Assembly (NCBI GenBank): GCA_032718475.1
Contig: JAUCBJ010006710.1
Location: 4,680-68,679 of the forward strand
From: Nemertoderma westbladi
Taxonomy: Eukaryota > Animalia > Xenacoelomorpha
DNA length: 64,000 nt
Direction: 5' to 3'
The notes beneath the pieces were generated by a model. The model worked only from the letters and a program-made list of their open reading frames with translations. It did not search any database and was not told the DNA's origin. Of this stretch, positions 61,801 to 64,000 are shown piece by piece (position 1 is the first letter of the stretch; the number at the start of each line of letters is the position of its first letter). The position numbers and the translations under genes are program-made.

Positions 61801-64000
61801 AAAGCAGTGGAGGGAGTGGGAAGCCGAGTTACATCTATTGAAAAATATAGATGTACCCCGTTCCTACTTTCCGAATCAGTTGGTATTCCCAGCTGATCTC
61901 GAACTGCACTTATTCAGTGACGCAAGTGACACCGGCTTTGGTATGGTAGCCTACCTTCGCCGAGAGGTAAGTCAGGACAAGTTTGAGACGGCCTTTGTGA
62001 CTTCTAGATCAAAGACAATGCCGGTCAAATACATGACTGTCCCTCGTGCAGAGTTACAGGCGGCTGTAGTTTCAGTCGAGGTAAGTAAGCAAATAACTGA
62101 GGAGTTAGACACGACATTGACCTTATTCTATTGGACGGACGCATCCTTAGTGTTGGTATACATTGCGGCCGACAATATTGCACTAAAGACATTTGTGGCC
62201 AACAGACGCGCTCAGATCGTCGACTTTTCGACGAAGGAACAATGGAGACATTGTCCGGGAGTGTTGAACCCGGCCGACATAACTTCGAGAGGTGCAATGC
62301 CGGCAGAATTCTGTCAGGAAGAGTCTCAGGAGTTTTGGTTGCATGGACCTGATTTTCTAACAAGGACACAGGAACATTGGCCAGAGCGACTGAAGATAGT
62401 GACCAATCCGATGCCTGAAGATGCAGAAGTCAAGGTGGAGAAAGTCTCTAAGTCGAAGTCTAAAGCCAAACTTAAGTCATTGGAGCGGCCTGAAGAGTCA
62501 TTGGAGCGGCCTGAAGAGTCATTGGAGCGGCCTGAAGAGTCATTGGAGCGGCCTGGAGACCTGTCAGACCAACAGACTTACGTGACTACTAGGTCCGGAA
62601 GGGTAAGTTATGACATCAAACCACCCTTACAGACTAAACCGGAGTCACAATTGGTAAGTGACGGACAGAAAATGACCGACATAATGGATCCTTTGGTTTC
62701 CAAACCTGCGGGTTTGGATTTGAAACTTCCATTAGTTAACGGACAACCGTCGCTGGCATTAGAGTCATGCAGTATTTATGACAAATTACTAAATTCGTCT
62801 GCCTCTTGGCTGACAATTTGTAAAAGAACTGCGTGGTTAAGCCGATACATTTTGTACCTTTGTTTAAAACATTCGAAACATTTGAGAGAACCATTGAGCG
62901 CCAATAGTGAGCGAATTCGGAAATTGAAACAACCTCTGACAGAGGATGAGATTGATCAAGCGGAATTAAGGCATTTGAAACATTATCAAATGTGTGCCTT
63001 CCCTAAAGAATTCCATCTATTATCGGCTCAACGACCAGTTCTCTATAAACCCCTTAGAAAATGGAGTCCATTAATCCATAAGGGTTTGATTTGTCATAGA
63101 TCGAGAATCCAGACTGTCGACATAAACTCACAGTTTAGGTTCCCAGTGATAATCCCTAGTTACCCGATAGAATTGCAAAGAGCGATTCTATGGGATATAC
63201 ACAAGAGGTTGCATCACGCGGGAAGGTTACACTGTCTGTCGGCAGCGAGACAGCGATTCATTCTATTGCAGCCAAGCAGGGCAGTAGGCACCATGTATGA
63301 CGCCTGTCTGGTTTGCAAGAGAGTGAACGCCAGAGTATTGGAACAGGAGATGGCTGAACTCCCGGAAGCGAGAGTGCAGGCATATGACCCACCCTTTACG
63401 AATACAGGGGTGGACTGTTTTGGTCCGATTGAAGCAAAGAGTGGACGGCTGACCCACAAGCGATGGGGTCTGCTACTGACATGCATGGCTAGTAGAGCCA
63501 TACATATCGAGCGTTTGGCAGACATGTCGACCAAATCTCTGCTCCTGGCCTTGAAGAGATTTATGGCCAGGAGAGGACTAGTAAAGGCGTTCTACTCTGA
63601 CAAGGGTACAAACTTTGTCGGAGGGAATAGCGAGTTGAACGCGGCTCATAAAGCAGCACAGAATAAGGAAATTTCTGCAGCACTTTTGCCGCAACGAGTA
63701 GAGTGGAGATTCAATACTCCTGCAAGGCCTTGGAGAGGAGGAAGTTGGGAGCGTTTAGTTCGCTCTGTAAAACAGGCCATTGCCAAAACATTGCCTGTGA
63801 ACAAACAACTTACCGACGACGAACTGGTCACAGCTTTCATTGAAATCGAGCATACCCTAAACTCGAGGCCGATAGCTATGTTGCCAGACGGCGTTGCATT
63901 AACGCCGAATCATTTGCTAATGCAGAGTCCAGCATTTCTTGTGCCGGCATCAGAACCCGTTAGTGCCGACCTATATAGTCGTAAGAGCTGGAAGGTGAAA
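55888..64000 (+). CDS. gag-pol: BEL/Pao element D Gag-Pol; one frameshift at 58105-58164, then apparently open to the window end
   Basis: First ORF 758 aa with ERE coiled-coil repeats. The +1 frame carries KFMGNHKHW, triple knuckle, VMLDTAS, YYLPHH, CDIEAMFHQV, FYMDD, FSDAS, PRAEL, NPAD, VDCFGP, SDKGTNF, GSWERL. Frame checked at several motifs; LTR boundaries not determined. Confidence 0.9.
62475..62557 (+). repeat. In-frame 21-bp tandem repeat x4 (SLERPEE) in pol of D
   Basis: AGTCATTGGAGCGGCCTGAAG repeated. Confidence 0.9.

Overview
Eukaryotic (metazoan-like, AT-rich) repeat cluster with no recognisable host gene. Bases 1-15.6 kb hold decayed APE-type LINEs, MITE-like foldback elements, minisatellites and the 5' part of a CR1-like ORF with a 2A-like motif and a PHD finger. 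Bases 15.6-64 kb are nested BEL/Pao LTR retrotransposons. Element A (+, 15653-49337) contains element B (-, 25131-39270, TCTAG TSD) and a non-autonomous piggyBac (45204-46756). A abuts the 3' remnant of element C (+, 49338-53715). An RTE LINE fragment and a nearly intact element D (+, from 55888) follow. Main observation: A, B and C are divergent families, yet each carries upstream of its 3' LTR a homologous extra gene encoding a WRN/EXD/Mut-7-like DEDDy 3'-5' exonuclease domain (with YxxxE in place of YxxxD) fused to three Cys/His zinc knuckles. B also lacks a tRNA PBS and instead has a 13-nt segment complementary to its own LTR (Tf1-like self-priming candidate). It carries three families of repeated RNA hairpins with compensatory changes: six K-turn/UUCG hairpins, five bulged-G/GAAA hairpins and three intergenic stem-loops. 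All calls are by-eye motif recognition; no searches or folding were run.
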